A stretch of 63,436 nucleotides of DNA, counting the filler, from Vezdaea acicularis (lineage: Eukaryota), in assembly GCA_026025075.1 (NCBI GenBank). It is 7 parts of 7 records of this genome, joined end to end, with 100 filler letters (N's around TTAATTAATTAA, not from the genome) between each part and the next. Parts side by side here need not be neighbours in the genome. Positions count along the whole stretch, not along the records: positions 10,390 to 20,532 come from JAPEUI010000260.1; positions 20,633 to 30,754 come from JAPEUI010000261.1; 5 more parts are not named here. One strand, 5' to 3'. Within the stretch, counting starts at the first letter, position 1; each line of letters starts with the position of its first letter. Of this stretch, positions 11,619-22,687 are shown piece after piece. The notes under the pieces are model-generated. The model did no database searches. It saw nothing but the letters and a program-made list of their open reading frames with translations, and was not told the DNA's origin. Both the position numbers and the translations under genes were made by a program.

Positions 11619-12068
11619 GGCGGGAAGAGTCTGGTGGTTGGAGGGGGTGGGTTGGTAGGTTTTGGGGGCCTTGTGGCTTGCGGATGTAGATGAGGGATGG
11701 ATGGTTTTGAATCGGGTATGGAGCAGGAGGTTGAGGGGATGAGGGAGCTATGTAGGCGGTCGCGATGGGGCGATTCGAAATGGGTCTGGAGAGGAGTTGA
11801 GGATTGCACTGGGGAAGTTCCATGATTTGTTGGGGGGTCACTGTGATGCTGAATTTGAGAGTGGAGACACGATTTTGGCAAGTGGACCAAGTTAAGCGTT
11901 CTCCACAACAAATGAAGATTGAACATCACGAGCCAGGTATGACTTGTAACTCCACTACCCCACCTTTTTCCATGCCATGATTCTTTGATGCAGTATGACT
12001 CCTGGAGACTTTCCAAACTCCGCTCAGTAACGCCATCACGCGTCTAGCAAAATGCCTTGACGGACTCT

Positions 12069-14206
12069 TCACATCCTATAGATAGAGGTTAGCGATTACA
12101 TCCGATCATATTGTACGTTACTCAAACTGACCTCTCTACAGGATTCAGACCCAGCATCACCATGCCGTTCCTGAGCACCTGACGCGCGCTCTCGTAAAGC
12201 GCTAGCCTAGCTTTCCCCAGCTCCCTTTCCTTCCCCACGATCCATAAATGATCGTATGAGCTACTCAGCATATGCGTCATCTTGAACAGATACGTCAGCA
12301 CCGTGACCGGTTCCAGCGTCTTCAGTGTCTGATTGATGATATCGGGCCACTGGGCCAGAACCCTGACTAGGTCGACGGCATATGGCTCTTTCAGGAGCGA
12401 CAAATCTGCCGTAAAGAGTTCTTCACGTGGGATGCCTGCCTTTCGCGTGATGGAGCAGAGACGCGCGTGTGCGTACTGCAGGTAGGGACCAGTGTCACCC
12501 TCGAAGGAGGTCATCCGGTCAATGTCAAACTTGTAGCCGTTGACGCGCTTGCCGGCCATATCTTGCACCATAACAGAGCTTATGCCCAGAGTGTCCGCTA
12601 CTTCTTCAGGCTTGGCTACTTGCTCGTATTTGGCTTGGTTCATGCGCATCACATCGTGCATTTTCTCTGCGACCTCCTTCAGGATGTCGTCGAGGAATTT
12701 GACCGTTCCTTTTCGAGTAGACATGCCTTGTACCATCCCGAAGGTGATGTGGGTACATTTGTCCGCAATCTCTTTGTGGCCCATCAGCTCCAGGATCTTG
12801 AAGAGTTGGGCTAGGTGCAGGTCTTGCTGCGAGGCCACGACATATATCATCTTGTCGAAATGGTATTTATCATAGCGCTCGGTAGCGGCGGCAATATCAC
12901 GGGTGAGATAAAGGCTTGTGCCGTCCTTCTTTCGAACAACGGCTTTGCCCAGTTTCTTCGAGTGCTTCTCGAGATTTACGATAACAGCGCCTTGTGATTC
13001 TTCCGAGACGCCAGACTCTTCCATAAGCCTCGCAGCGGCAGCTATACTCTCAGGCTTGACCATTGACTCGCCGCTATATTCATCGTACTTGATGTTGAGG
13101 CGAGCATAGGTCTGCTTGTATTTTTCGATGCTGAGGTCTCGAAACCGCTTCCATAGTCCCAACGCCTTCTCGTCCCCATCTTCCATCCGCTTGAAGTAAT
13201 CTCGGGCAAGCCCATTTTGACTTTTGTTTTCCAGCTCGGTGACATCCTCTCCTGCTTCCCTCTTCTTCTTAATTTCCTCTTGCTCCGGCTCCGAGATCTT
13301 ATTTATCTGGACATAAACGTCATATAAATGGCCAATCGGATCTTCTTCGAACTTTGCCTCGTCTCCAAACTTCAAGAAGCCGTTTGCGAGTAGCCCGAAC
13401 TGCCTCCCCCAATCGCCAAGGTAATTCATTCGGATGACATCCCATCCTGCGCCCTCATATAGGTTTGATAAGAAGCCACCAATAATTGTTGACCGAAGAT
13501 GTCCCGCATGAAACTGTTTTGCAATGTTTGGTGACGAGAACTCCACTATAACCCGCTTTCTTCCTTTGCTAGGATCGCTTGGATCTTTCATACCGTTATG
13601 GGGATTTAGCCCGAACTTCTCTCCCTGAGTCAATATCATCTGTATGACCAGCTCAGCCAGCTGCTTTGGCTTAAAAAAGAATTGTAGAAATGTTGTTGCC
13701 ACTACTGGCTTCTCCACCAAAGGACTTTCGGGAAAGTTTGCTGCCCATTCTTTTGCCAACTCGACTGGTTTCTTGCCCTTGACTCGAAGAGCAGGGACAG
13801 GAAGCACAAGATCGCCTTTGTCGAGTGTCTGTGTCCACGAGAGCGCGTTGTACACAATACCCCACTCAACGCCCGTGACTTTGGTGAGCAACTCCGTAAG
13901 ATGCAGGCGGTAGATGTCGACGGGATTGAGGTTGGGATGAGCCGTCGGTGAAGAGGGGAGAGAAGACACGCCTAGGGCAGATAGTTGGTGTGCGAGTTCT
14001 GACCGCTTTGGGGATGTTCCTCGGGGCTGCGGGGCTGCCATTGTGCAAGTGGATGAAAGGGTTCGTTGTCTAGACGCGCGGGGGAAAGTCCGTTTGGTTA
14101 TCAAATAGCGATGCAAACTATACGATGTACATAAGTTTTGCGAAGAGAACGATTTATAGCCGACTTTTCTAAGAAGCACTCCACAGGTGATATCGATTCT
14201 TGGCAT
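12069..14206 (-). CDS. RARS: Arginyl-tRNA synthetase (class I), probably both cytosolic and mitochondrial
   Basis: EFSSPNIAKQFHAGHLRSTIIG (HIGH region), NYLGDWGRQFG, MSTRKG, GDTGPYLQYAHARL. Terminal intron 12131-12076 gives the conserved …VERM* end. In-frame ATGs at 14206 and 14041. Confidence 0.97.
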
Positions 14207-14443
14207 CAATGCCAGGTAGGAGCGGGAGGTGAATGTAAGTTTAATGAGTCAGAGCATATCAAAAGTTGCGAAGCATGAATACCCTTCGAACCACAACCTC
14301 GCTTAGAACGGTAAGGTAGAATGATTATTTGCAGCAGTCAGTCACGGAGTGCTTATTTCGCAAGATTTTTTTTAGTTAATATATACTCTATCCGACAGGT
14401 AGCTTGAGGTTTAGACCCTGATTTTTTCTGTTTGTTGTTGATC

Positions 14444-15853
14444 TCAACCTTGGGGTGAACGCCGTAGAATCCATGCATAGGTCTCGATCCTTTCTCCCTG
14501 ACCCCTTGTCAAGACAGTCCATTGGGGGCGTGTCACTATCCGGAAACACTCAGCTGGATTATCATCAAGGGTACGGAACCCAGGACTTAATTCATGGTGG
14601 AGCCAATTGAGTTTCCGGTCTAGATGATCTATGAAAGTTTTCTCGGGGATGGTAAGTCCTCCCGAGGGGACGACGTCAGGGACTTTCACCCCGGTGCCCA
14701 CCTCGTCCATCGATCCGGACGCTACTACGGCTCTAGATCGGGATAGAGACGTATACAATGCTCTATCAGGCTTATGGTGGCCACCCTCAGTTGACAGGAA
14801 GGGAAGCGAGAGAGTATGCTTCGTATAGAGGAAAGACAGGGAAGGGCGCTCTTTAGTCTCTTTGCGATGCTTGTCATACCAGCGAGGTTTTACATGCTCA
14901 GCTGACTCGCCTTGTCCATAGCTTTGATGCAGTGGAGCTCTCTGAGAAGGTGAGGGATAGTCTCCAGTCCCGTCATAGACTTGGCAAAGCCTACCACCCA
15001 GATCTGCCGACCTTGAATGCCGTATACTGCCCCCTAATGGACTTGGCAAAGATAGAGAATGCAGCGCTTCAGCACCCTCTGTGAGATTTTTCCAGCCCAT
15101 TTCAGGGCTCGGCCGTCTGCCGCTAATTCCTCCATCACCTGGCTGGAGGGTTGAGGGGTCAATGATCATTGCCGAAACCCAAGGTCGTAATGTCTTGTTC
15201 ACCTGTCTCAAAGCTTCTGATCGACTGTCTGATGATTTTTGAAGAGTCACTGTTTCTCGAGAAGGATCTGGTACATTTGGACCTGACGAAGGCGTTGGTT
15301 TACGTCGACCGTGATTCAGTAAGCAAAGCTCGGGTTTGCTTAGTTTTAGACTTAATGACTCCGATACCGCTACAATTTCAGAAGATCGACAGGTATATGC
15401 TTCAGGTACCATCGGCTCTCTTGCCTTTTCTTCGTCGTTATCGTTCTTCCTTGACCGCGTCCAATAATAGTGCCAGGACTGATCTTTTACATCTGTTGGA
15501 ATTTTACCAGTGGTAGAGTCCCAAAATACTTCGTTCCAGTCTCTGAGAACGGATCGAGACCTCAACATTGGACTCCTTTCCTTTGGTTTCTCCTCGTGCC
15601 TGACAGGAGCAAGCTTCCAGCCACGCCAAGTCTTGATGTATCTGCTTTCCTGTAGGAGGGGGTTTGTCGCGTCCGGAAAACCAACCAAGGGAAGCCACCA
15701 GCCCCAATTTGCTATTATTCGCCATAGGGCAAATAATAGTACTGGTCCAGTTATGACTGCAGCACAGATCAGTAACATCCCCTTCAAAGCCGTCCTGTTG
15801 GGCTCCAAATCCGAGTTAAGTGGCGTATAATGCTGCGACCTCCAAATCGACAT
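14444..15853 (-). CDS. Hypothetical membrane protein with long Ser/Pro-rich tail; may extend to ATG 15985 across an in-frame TAG
   Basis: 469-codon ORF with hydrophobic segment MLLICAAVITGPVLLFALWRII. The frame stays open upstream except for one TAG at 15940-15938. Confidence 0.6.
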   Translation of the reverse strand: MSIWRSQHYTPLNSDLEPNRTALKGMLLICAAVITGPVLLFALWRIIANWGWWLPLVGFPDATNPLLQESRYIKTWRGWKLAPVRHEEKPKERSPMLRSRSVLRDWNEVFWDSTTGKIPTDVKDQSWHYYWTRSRKNDNDEEKAREPMVPEAYTCRSSEIVAVSESLSLKLSKPELCLLNHGRRKPTPSSGPNVPDPSRETVTLQKSSDSRSEALRQVNKTLRPWVSAMIIDPSTLQPGDGGISGRRPSPEMGWKNLTEGAEALHSLSLPSPLGGSIRHSRSADLGGRLCQVYDGTGDYPSPSQRAPLHQSYGQGESAEHVKPRWYDKHRKETKERPSLSFLYTKHTLSLPFLSTEGGHHKPDRALYTSLSRSRAVVASGSMDEVGTGVKVPDVVPSGGLTIPEKTFIDHLDRKLNWLHHELSPGFRTLDDNPAECFRIVTRPQWTVLTRGQGERIETYAWILRRSPQG

Positions 15854-17269
15854 ATCCGCTGCACGGGCTAGTCGCCGGCTTGACTGACTGGAAGATGGGT
15901 CAAGGTTGACAAGGATAACGCCAGTGTAGAAGAGCGACTAGACTATAGGAAGGAGAAGCGAAAGAACAGCCCTGATTTGTAGCATTCCACTACTTGAATA
16001 CGGATATAAAAGGGATATTAATAGTAAAGGCAAGGCATCATTGGCGGAGAGGTAAGACCTTTGCCGATGCGAGCAGCTCCTTGAATGGAAAGAACGCTTT
16101 CTTGTAGAGCCTACAAAACAATCGTGCAAAACGACTCCGGCCCCGCTTGCCATTAGGGAAGAACATGGCTTTGGGAGGAAAGAATCATCCCACCATTCCC
16201 AATCGCAGAGCTTGCTGGGCAATCCGTGGAGAGCATTCACGTTGCACCAACCTCGGGACGAGCATTCAAATTCCAAATAGTCGTAAAGTCATGCTTCTTG
16301 AATAGCTTCAGTAAAAGACGGAGAAGACGGAAAAGTCTGTTACATGATCTACTTTGTAGATACTCGATGTGAGCACACCAATCTTGTAGTACGGCGGACG
16401 GAATGTGAGAACGGGAACAGCGATCCAAGGCGCTGGTGCTTTGGCGAGATCGATCGACGTGTGATCGACATGTCAGGGAGCCGTAGCGGGGTCCGATGGA
16501 GTTCCCCGAAGCCACAAAAGCCACAATTCCCGCTTCTGTCGAAACAACAGCAACCCGATTCAGCATCAGCTTGCAAAATCTTACCGGATTCGCATTTTGA
16601 GGCGCCCTCGATGCACTATGTTGCACGCTTTCGTGTATGGGGTGGACAAGGTATTGGCCAGTTCTGGACTCCCCTTGATTGTGAGGAGTGCTCAGACACC
16701 CGCATTTTCCATCATTCGAGTCCCAACATAAGCACGGCAGCCCTCCCGAGCGCCCGAATACCCTTTGACTGGATCATAAACCCTCGCTTGGAAAGAATGA
16801 TCTTGCGGCGGCTCCGGAAGGGCGCCCTTTCGTCCAATGAGATTTGAAAGCTATTCTCTATTATCTCGGAGCTAACACGGTCCAGACTGACCATGAACTC
16901 TTTGAGGTTAGGAGGAAGACTAGTGATTACTCAGGAGGCTGATGGAGGTGTAAACCTTGATGGAGATCTCCCGAACGCAACAAGATTACATTGATAGACT
17001 GCTGGAGTCTTCGACAACGGTGGCTCATATAATGGATTATGCACCCCAGGTTCGCGGAGTTCTCAAGAGGCATAAACCAATCTTTGCTGTTTGATGCGTT
17101 GAAATGGTTCAAATTCTTAATATCCAAACGGGGCACCTTTTCTTCAACGGACTAAACTAGAATTCTCATACTATCCTACGGCCTACTTCAATCTTTGAGA
17201 GGCATATAGGGGCACGTTGGAGTTTTTGTGTATGTCCTTCTAATCAAGTGTAGGCTTACCATCTTGTCT

Positions 17270-18167
17270 ATGCCTGCAGGGAAGCGCAAGAAGCAAAGAA
17301 GCCCCGATGACGAAAGTACTGTGACATCCAATCCTTCTCGACGACGAAGGACCATTACCTCGACTGCTGAGGTTTCAGTAACCCCATTACGGCGGTCTGT
17401 CCGGCTTTCTGAGTTGTATCAAGGCTCGCCCCGACAAAACCCCGCTATAACTTCCCGGGTTATAGCAGAGACAAGACAGGAAGAGCTTCAGAATACTCCG
17501 AATCTGGCAGCTGCCACTGCAGATGCCGCAGAACAGCTACATCAACAGCCACAGCCACAGCAACAGCAGCGCGCGTTTTCAGCTGAGCGTGGAGCAAGAA
17601 GATCTTCTGTGGAGGCTCCGGAACGTCCGGAATTTCGGGAGGTTTCTGATACTGCTCTATCCTTCGTGAACGGTGCAGAGGTCGGTGGATCAGCTACAGA
17701 TAGGGCTTACGATATGAACGTTGCCGTTCAGCCTCCGCGTCAAGCCCAGGCTGGATCCCCTTTAGAACCCGTGCTTCATGTCCGACTCATCCATGGAGGA
17801 GCAGGCACGGATGACGCCTGGGGTCGACTTCTGGGTGTCATAGCTTTGACGAACGAAGATGGAACGGAGATCCTAAGCCCACCCCGCTTAGATCTTCTCG
17901 ATCTCGCATCGGGGACTCGAGTCAGCTCGCCATCTCCATTTCTAGCTCAAGCCAATGCTATTGAGAGCATAGAAGCATCTCGAGAAAGCTATATGAGTTT
18001 CCCGGGGTTGGCCATCAACAGGGCGGGGACATATCGCCTTCGTATCAACTTACTCCTAATGGGAGAAGGTGGAATGTACACTCCGTCACCAGGGGCTGCA
18101 GCACTTTGGCATGTGGACAGTCGGATCATAAACGTGTTGGAAGGACCTGTAGAACAGGTACCGCTGG
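17270..18167 (+). CDS. Velvet-domain-like protein (3' end unresolved)
   Basis: Basic NLS-like start MPAGKRKKQR. C-terminal domain YDMNVAVQPP…PLEPVLHVRL…YMSFPGLAINRAGTYRLRINL…VDSRIINV resembles the velvet QPP / F-x-x-L-x-I-x-x-x-G-x-YRL pattern. Donor GTAAGT at 18168. Confidence 0.65.
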
Positions 18168-19621
18168 GTAAGTTCCTGCCATATCTCTATCCACAAGCCC
18201 AACTCTTGAGAGCTTGTACGGTATTGTGAAATGGAACACACCCTCCTCCCCTACCTTAATTGTTCCCTTCCTAGGCCGAGCTTTCTGCAGGGATTGAAGG
18301 GGTTGGGGCTTAGTCAATAGCTCTCGACCAGAAGCATTGGCAGAAAAATACCTTGGAGAGCCGCGAGGTCGAAGGCATGGCTCAAAGCTTATCATGCCCG
18401 CTTGAAAACTGGACGAGTAAGTCGTGATTAGAACTGTCAAACCGGCTAATGAAATCCCAGATGAAGCAGAAGCGTCATTTCTCAATCGGGTGACTGGTTA
18501 AGCCTTGAGAGCTATGATAGCCCAAGTCTATCATCAAAATGCGATCCGAGCGGATTTCGAGCCACTTGTCACTGTCCATGTAAGGGTTTTCCCGTATTGG
18601 TCTCGACTAATCACGGCCCGAGTAAATGTCACCATGAGTATCATTACAAATGTCGATGAAACCTCCATCGTCATGATCGTAAGAACTTGATGGAAGAAAA
18701 TCTTGCGCAGTCTGCGTAGTCCAGAAATGCGGGCGTTGACAAGGTAAAGTACTTAGCGACTCAGGCTGCAATCTGACGGCCAATCAAAACTCGATGTTAG
18801 CATCATACCCGCGGCCCTATGGCAACGAATTATGAGTACATACTCAGTGGCTAGCCATGCGGCTGTGAATCATCGATAAGGCGTCATGCAGGACATGGTC
18901 TTGCTTTGCGACACGGTGTCGCGAGCATTGAGCACAGATCGCCGTCATCTTCAGCAATTTTGCCAGTCACTGGTCCTGCTCACTTCAGCGGTGAAGTTGC
19001 GCTTCTACAAGGGACGGAACTACCGCTGAGTGGCTGGCTGGCGACTTTCTGGGCTGGCTACCGCGTCGAGGTGCGGGGCAGTCGCGAGCGCACACCGCAA
19101 CCACACCGCACCCATGCACCAGACAGGGTCTGGAGTTCCACACATTCACGTCTCAATGCATCTGCACAGGCGTGTCACTGGATCGTCCAATCCTCTCACG
19201 GACCGGTTGGCGGGCTCGGAGCTAGCAAAGAATCCACAATCGCGATGGGAGTTCTGGCTCCTTCACGCCAAGAGGTTGCGATTCTAGAGGCACCGTCGCT
19301 CAATTCGAATAAGAAGTCCTTGAAGCCCTGGTGTCACGGACCTCCATGACCGGAAGATCACACCCTTAGCCAACACCCACCGAAGTGCAGAGGCATCTTG
19401 GATCAAAGCTTGCCAAACCCGAGGAAATAAACACACTTTTTCGAGGTAGTCACATTGCGCAAACGACGGAGCCGCTACCAGCATAAGGCTGACGGACCCC
19501 CACCAACTCCGAACGTGTCGGAAGAAAAGTGGGGCCTGCTTGTGCGATAACCATCTGATCCCGAGCCCGTCATCGAAGGCAGACGACCATATATATCCTC
19601 ATCACCTCTCAAACAGATACG

Positions 19622-20080
19622 ATGGATCGCTATACGTCTGCAGACAGCGTACCACGTTCAAACGCTCAGAAACCAGCCCCTATAAATACCGTAGCCGGCA
19701 CCATTGATAGAAGAGACTCAAGCTTCTATCCTCTCTCTCCAGCAACCTCAACCACGCCTCTCTCACCCATGTCTCCATACGGTTCAGAGAGCCCCAATCC
19801 TCAACGGCAAGGTTCCTTCTATCGACCGGAGCAGCCCGCCTCGCCAACCTCATCACCGTATCTCCCACGCAACAATAGCGATAGCAGTGCAAGCAGCGCC
19901 GCTACATCAACCGCACCAAATCAACCGTATGCAGCACAGCGATCCAACACTACAGGCACGGTTCAGAGCAAACGCAACAGCGGCAACTACATGCAGTATG
20001 GCCGGCATAGCAACGAGTGGCTCTTCGGTGGCATCAGCGTGACGGAAACCGTGAAGGGCTGGATCCACCCCAAGAATTGA
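19622..20080 (+). CDS. Conserved-type small fungal protein, Ser/Pro-rich, with C-terminal GRHSNEWLFGG motif
   Basis: Single-exon 152-aa ORF. TATA-like ATATATA about 30 nt upstream. The motif YGRHSNEWLFGGISVTETVKG is recalled from Pezizomycotina hypothetical proteins. Confidence 0.75.
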   Translation: MDRYTSADSVPRSNAQKPAPINTVAGTIDRRDSSFYPLSPATSTTPLSPMSPYGSESPNPQRQGSFYRPEQPASPTSSPYLPRNNSDSSASSAATSTAPNQPYAAQRSNTTGTVQSKRNSGNYMQYGRHSNEWLFGGISVTETVKGWIHPKN

Positions 20081-20532
20081 TCGGTAAAGCTTCTGAGATG
20101 CTGGACAACTCTCAACCGCATTGACTGCGATGACGCACATTCGGCTGGCTTCGAAGGCAATTGTGACGATGGAATATTTTATGATTTTGAGCTCGATGGG
20201 TATTGGGTTCCATAGATTTGATACCAGCTATCTACGGTGTCGATGATGGATGGAGCGCGTGGCATTTCTGCATGGTCGCAGGATGACGCATTCAGCGATT
20301 GCGGTCCTCAGGTTATCGGCGACCTTTCCCCCCAATGGAACTTTTTGTCTATCTAGTCGGAATGCAAATCTCCTTCTCATGCCGCGCTCCCCTCCTTCGC
20401 GAAATGCAATCGTGTCCTCTGCATCTTTATCATGCCCATGTTCGCAAAATCCTGATGCGTAGTCCGCTATCGCACCCCATCTCGCTGCCGCCTAAACCCC
20501 ACCCCGAGCTCATCCCGATACTCGCACGATTC

Positions 20533-20632
20533 NNNNNNNNNNNNNNNNNNNNNNNNNNNNNNNNNNNNNNNNNNNNTTAATTAATTAANNNNNNNNNNNN
20601 NNNNNNNNNNNNNNNNNNNNNNNNNNNNNNNN
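20533..20632. other. Artificial contig spacer
   Basis: N44-TTAATTAATTAA-N44. Confidence 0.99.
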
Positions 20633-21057
20633 GATGAGTGGTGATGGTGATGGAGATGGAGAGGCTGTGGCGGTTGGGGAGAAAAGTGTTGCAAGGGCCG
20701 CTGCTTAGCCAAGAATTTGCCATCCTCCAGCTCTTCTAGAGAGGCCACCCGGCAATCATTCATCTCCTCTGGACGAACGACCGCGCGAGAATTTCGCTAG
20801 GAGAGTGTCGTCCTTTCGTCTCTATGTATATACTGTATATTACACAGCTCTAACCCCTACGCGCCCTCAACTACAAACCCATCTCACCTCCAGACCTGCT
20901 CCACCCCGCTCCACCCATATGCTCCACTAATTCCTCATACCAGCTGCGTCTGTGGAAGAGAGAAGGCCGTGCCGTGGGATACGTGAAATGAAGGTAAACC
21001 AGCCGTACTGACCGGACGTTCCACTTAGGACGGGAGGAGATGCGAGTGACAACAGCA

Positions 21058-21063
21058 GGGGGG

Positions 21064-21097
<34 letters not shown>
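21058..21097. repeat. Poly-G tract
   Basis: G6-C-G33 read directly. Confidence 0.95.
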
Positions 21098-21098
<1 letters not shown>

Positions 21099-21324
21099 GG
21101 AGGGAGTAGCGTGATGAGGAGAAGCTGCGCGTTCTGGACTGCTCAAGCAGAACCCCCTTCTCGTATGTGCTGGTTCTGGTATCGCAAGCGTCTGGACTGT
21201 GGATTGGAGGAACGGTGGATCAGTTTGGAAACCGGGTAGGGAGGTGCTTTATTCCTCCGCATGAACCGAGTACGGGGGATATATCCCCATCAGCCAACTA
21301 GCCAAACCCTCCTTACAGCAAAAA

Positions 21325-21950
21325 CGCTGCGAGAGCAAAGCTTTTGCCCCTTTGTCTCTACTGAGAAAACGATATCCCATGCGTGTGAGGCGGAGTGAGG
21401 GTTTATACCAGACGCAGCGGTTACGGCGTTCCTTTGCAGGAAACGTGCACTACCGGAAAAAACGGAACGCTAAGGGAGTGAAGGCCCAGCCCGTCATATC
21501 CACCAAGCAAACGATATCTCGTGCATGCAAAGCGGAATGAGGGCTTATTCCGAATCGGGAGAGCCACCGCATTCTTTTGCAGGAACATTCTTTACTGGAA
21601 GAAACGGGACGCTGAGAGAGTATAGCTCCACCCTTTATCTCCAAAAGTAAACGATATCCAATGGGTACGAGCCTAGGCTTCCCTTTGAGCGCAACGGGAA
21701 ATAATGCAGTGAATGAATGCTTATTCCCAACCGCGGGAGCTATTACGTTCTTTTGCAGGGAAAGTGCAATATAGGAACAAGCGGAACGCTGGGGAAGTGA
21801 AGGTGCAGTCCTTCTGTCTCTAAAACTAAATGATATCCTATGCATGCGAGACGGAGTGAGGGTTTACACCGGACGTAGCGGTCACGGCGTTCCTTTGCAG
21901 GAAACGTTCGCTACCGCGATAAACGGAGCCCAAGGGGTTAGGATGCAGCT
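21325..21950. repeat. Degenerate tandem repeat, unit about 142 bp, about 4.5 copies
   Basis: TTTGCAGG recurs at 21433, 21576, 21752, 21894 and A(C/T)GATATC at 21369, 21511, 21651, 21830. One interval carries about 35 extra bp. Copies 1 and 4, 461 bp apart, are the most similar. Confidence 0.85.
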
Positions 21951-22160
21951 TTCCATCATTACGCATGCGTTCCCCTTGCACGGAGATCATGTGTTTGCTG
22001 TCTCGTCTGCGGATTAACTCTCCCCATTTCCCTCCTAGCGTCTTGTATCCCTGCCCGACGCTGAAGCGTTTGCAGTCTCGTCCGGGGACAAGCCTGCCTA
22101 TCTCCCCTCTAGCGTCCTATGTCTTTCTGTAAAAACGGTCCTGGGGGGTGGGTACGTGGG

Positions 22161-22168
22161 TATATAAA
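22161..22168 (+). promoter_or_regulatory. TATA box upstream of the small gene at 22385
   Basis: TATATAAA, followed by a putative 5'UTR intron 22265-22332 (GTAAGA…CTGAC…TATAG). Confidence 0.55.
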
Positions 22169-22384
22169 ACCCTACGACGTTACCAAATCACCCCCACATC
22201 GCCTTCGACCATACGACCTTCTCCCTCCAGGAATTTTAGAATAGCTGTGCATCGTTACTACGTGGTAAGAAAATTTGAGGAGATTCGAGCTCGTTTCATG
22301 AAGTGCTCTCTCTGACCAAGACTTGATTATAGGCGAACATTGCTGGTGTCCTAGGAGTAAGGCGTCAAGGCCTCTGATAACAAG

Positions 22385-22687
22385 ATGGTCGACGATAGAA
22401 TCCCAATCAAAGTCAGCTGTCTTGGGAGGTTTTGCTGGGATGATGTCTTGCTTGTCCGTCCCGATATCGAATATGACGAGCTATGTACTGAGCTAATTGC
22501 CCATTCAATATCGTTTAGAGGAGGTAGGCCAGAGTTGTCTTCTCGCCGTCCTCATATTGAATTAAGCTAGAGAACTGGAGAGCGCATTCACCTGCATGAA
22601 GGGAACGTGAATGCAGTCTTGAAGTTGATGGCCATCAGCGGCGTGAAGACTAGTCTAACTTTTGATTTTCGTCAAATACCACATTGA
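22385..22687 (+). CDS. Small 100-codon gene interrupted by one in-frame TAG (recoded gene or young pseudogene)
   Basis: MVDDRIPIKVSC…RPHIELS*RTGERIHLHEGNVNAVLKLMAISGVKTSLTFDFRQIPH*. TAG at 22568-22570; the frame continues for 38 protein-like codons. Confidence 0.5.

Noticed and set aside
21325..21950. CRISPR-like array
   Set aside because: Whole units are homologous and degenerate rather than identical repeats with unique spacers, the context is eukaryotic, and there are no cas genes.
15938..22570. Genome-wide TAG reassignment to explain the two in-frame TAGs
   Set aside because: RPS16 ends with TAG exactly at its conserved C-terminus (FQKSYR*) and GMH1 also ends in TAG.
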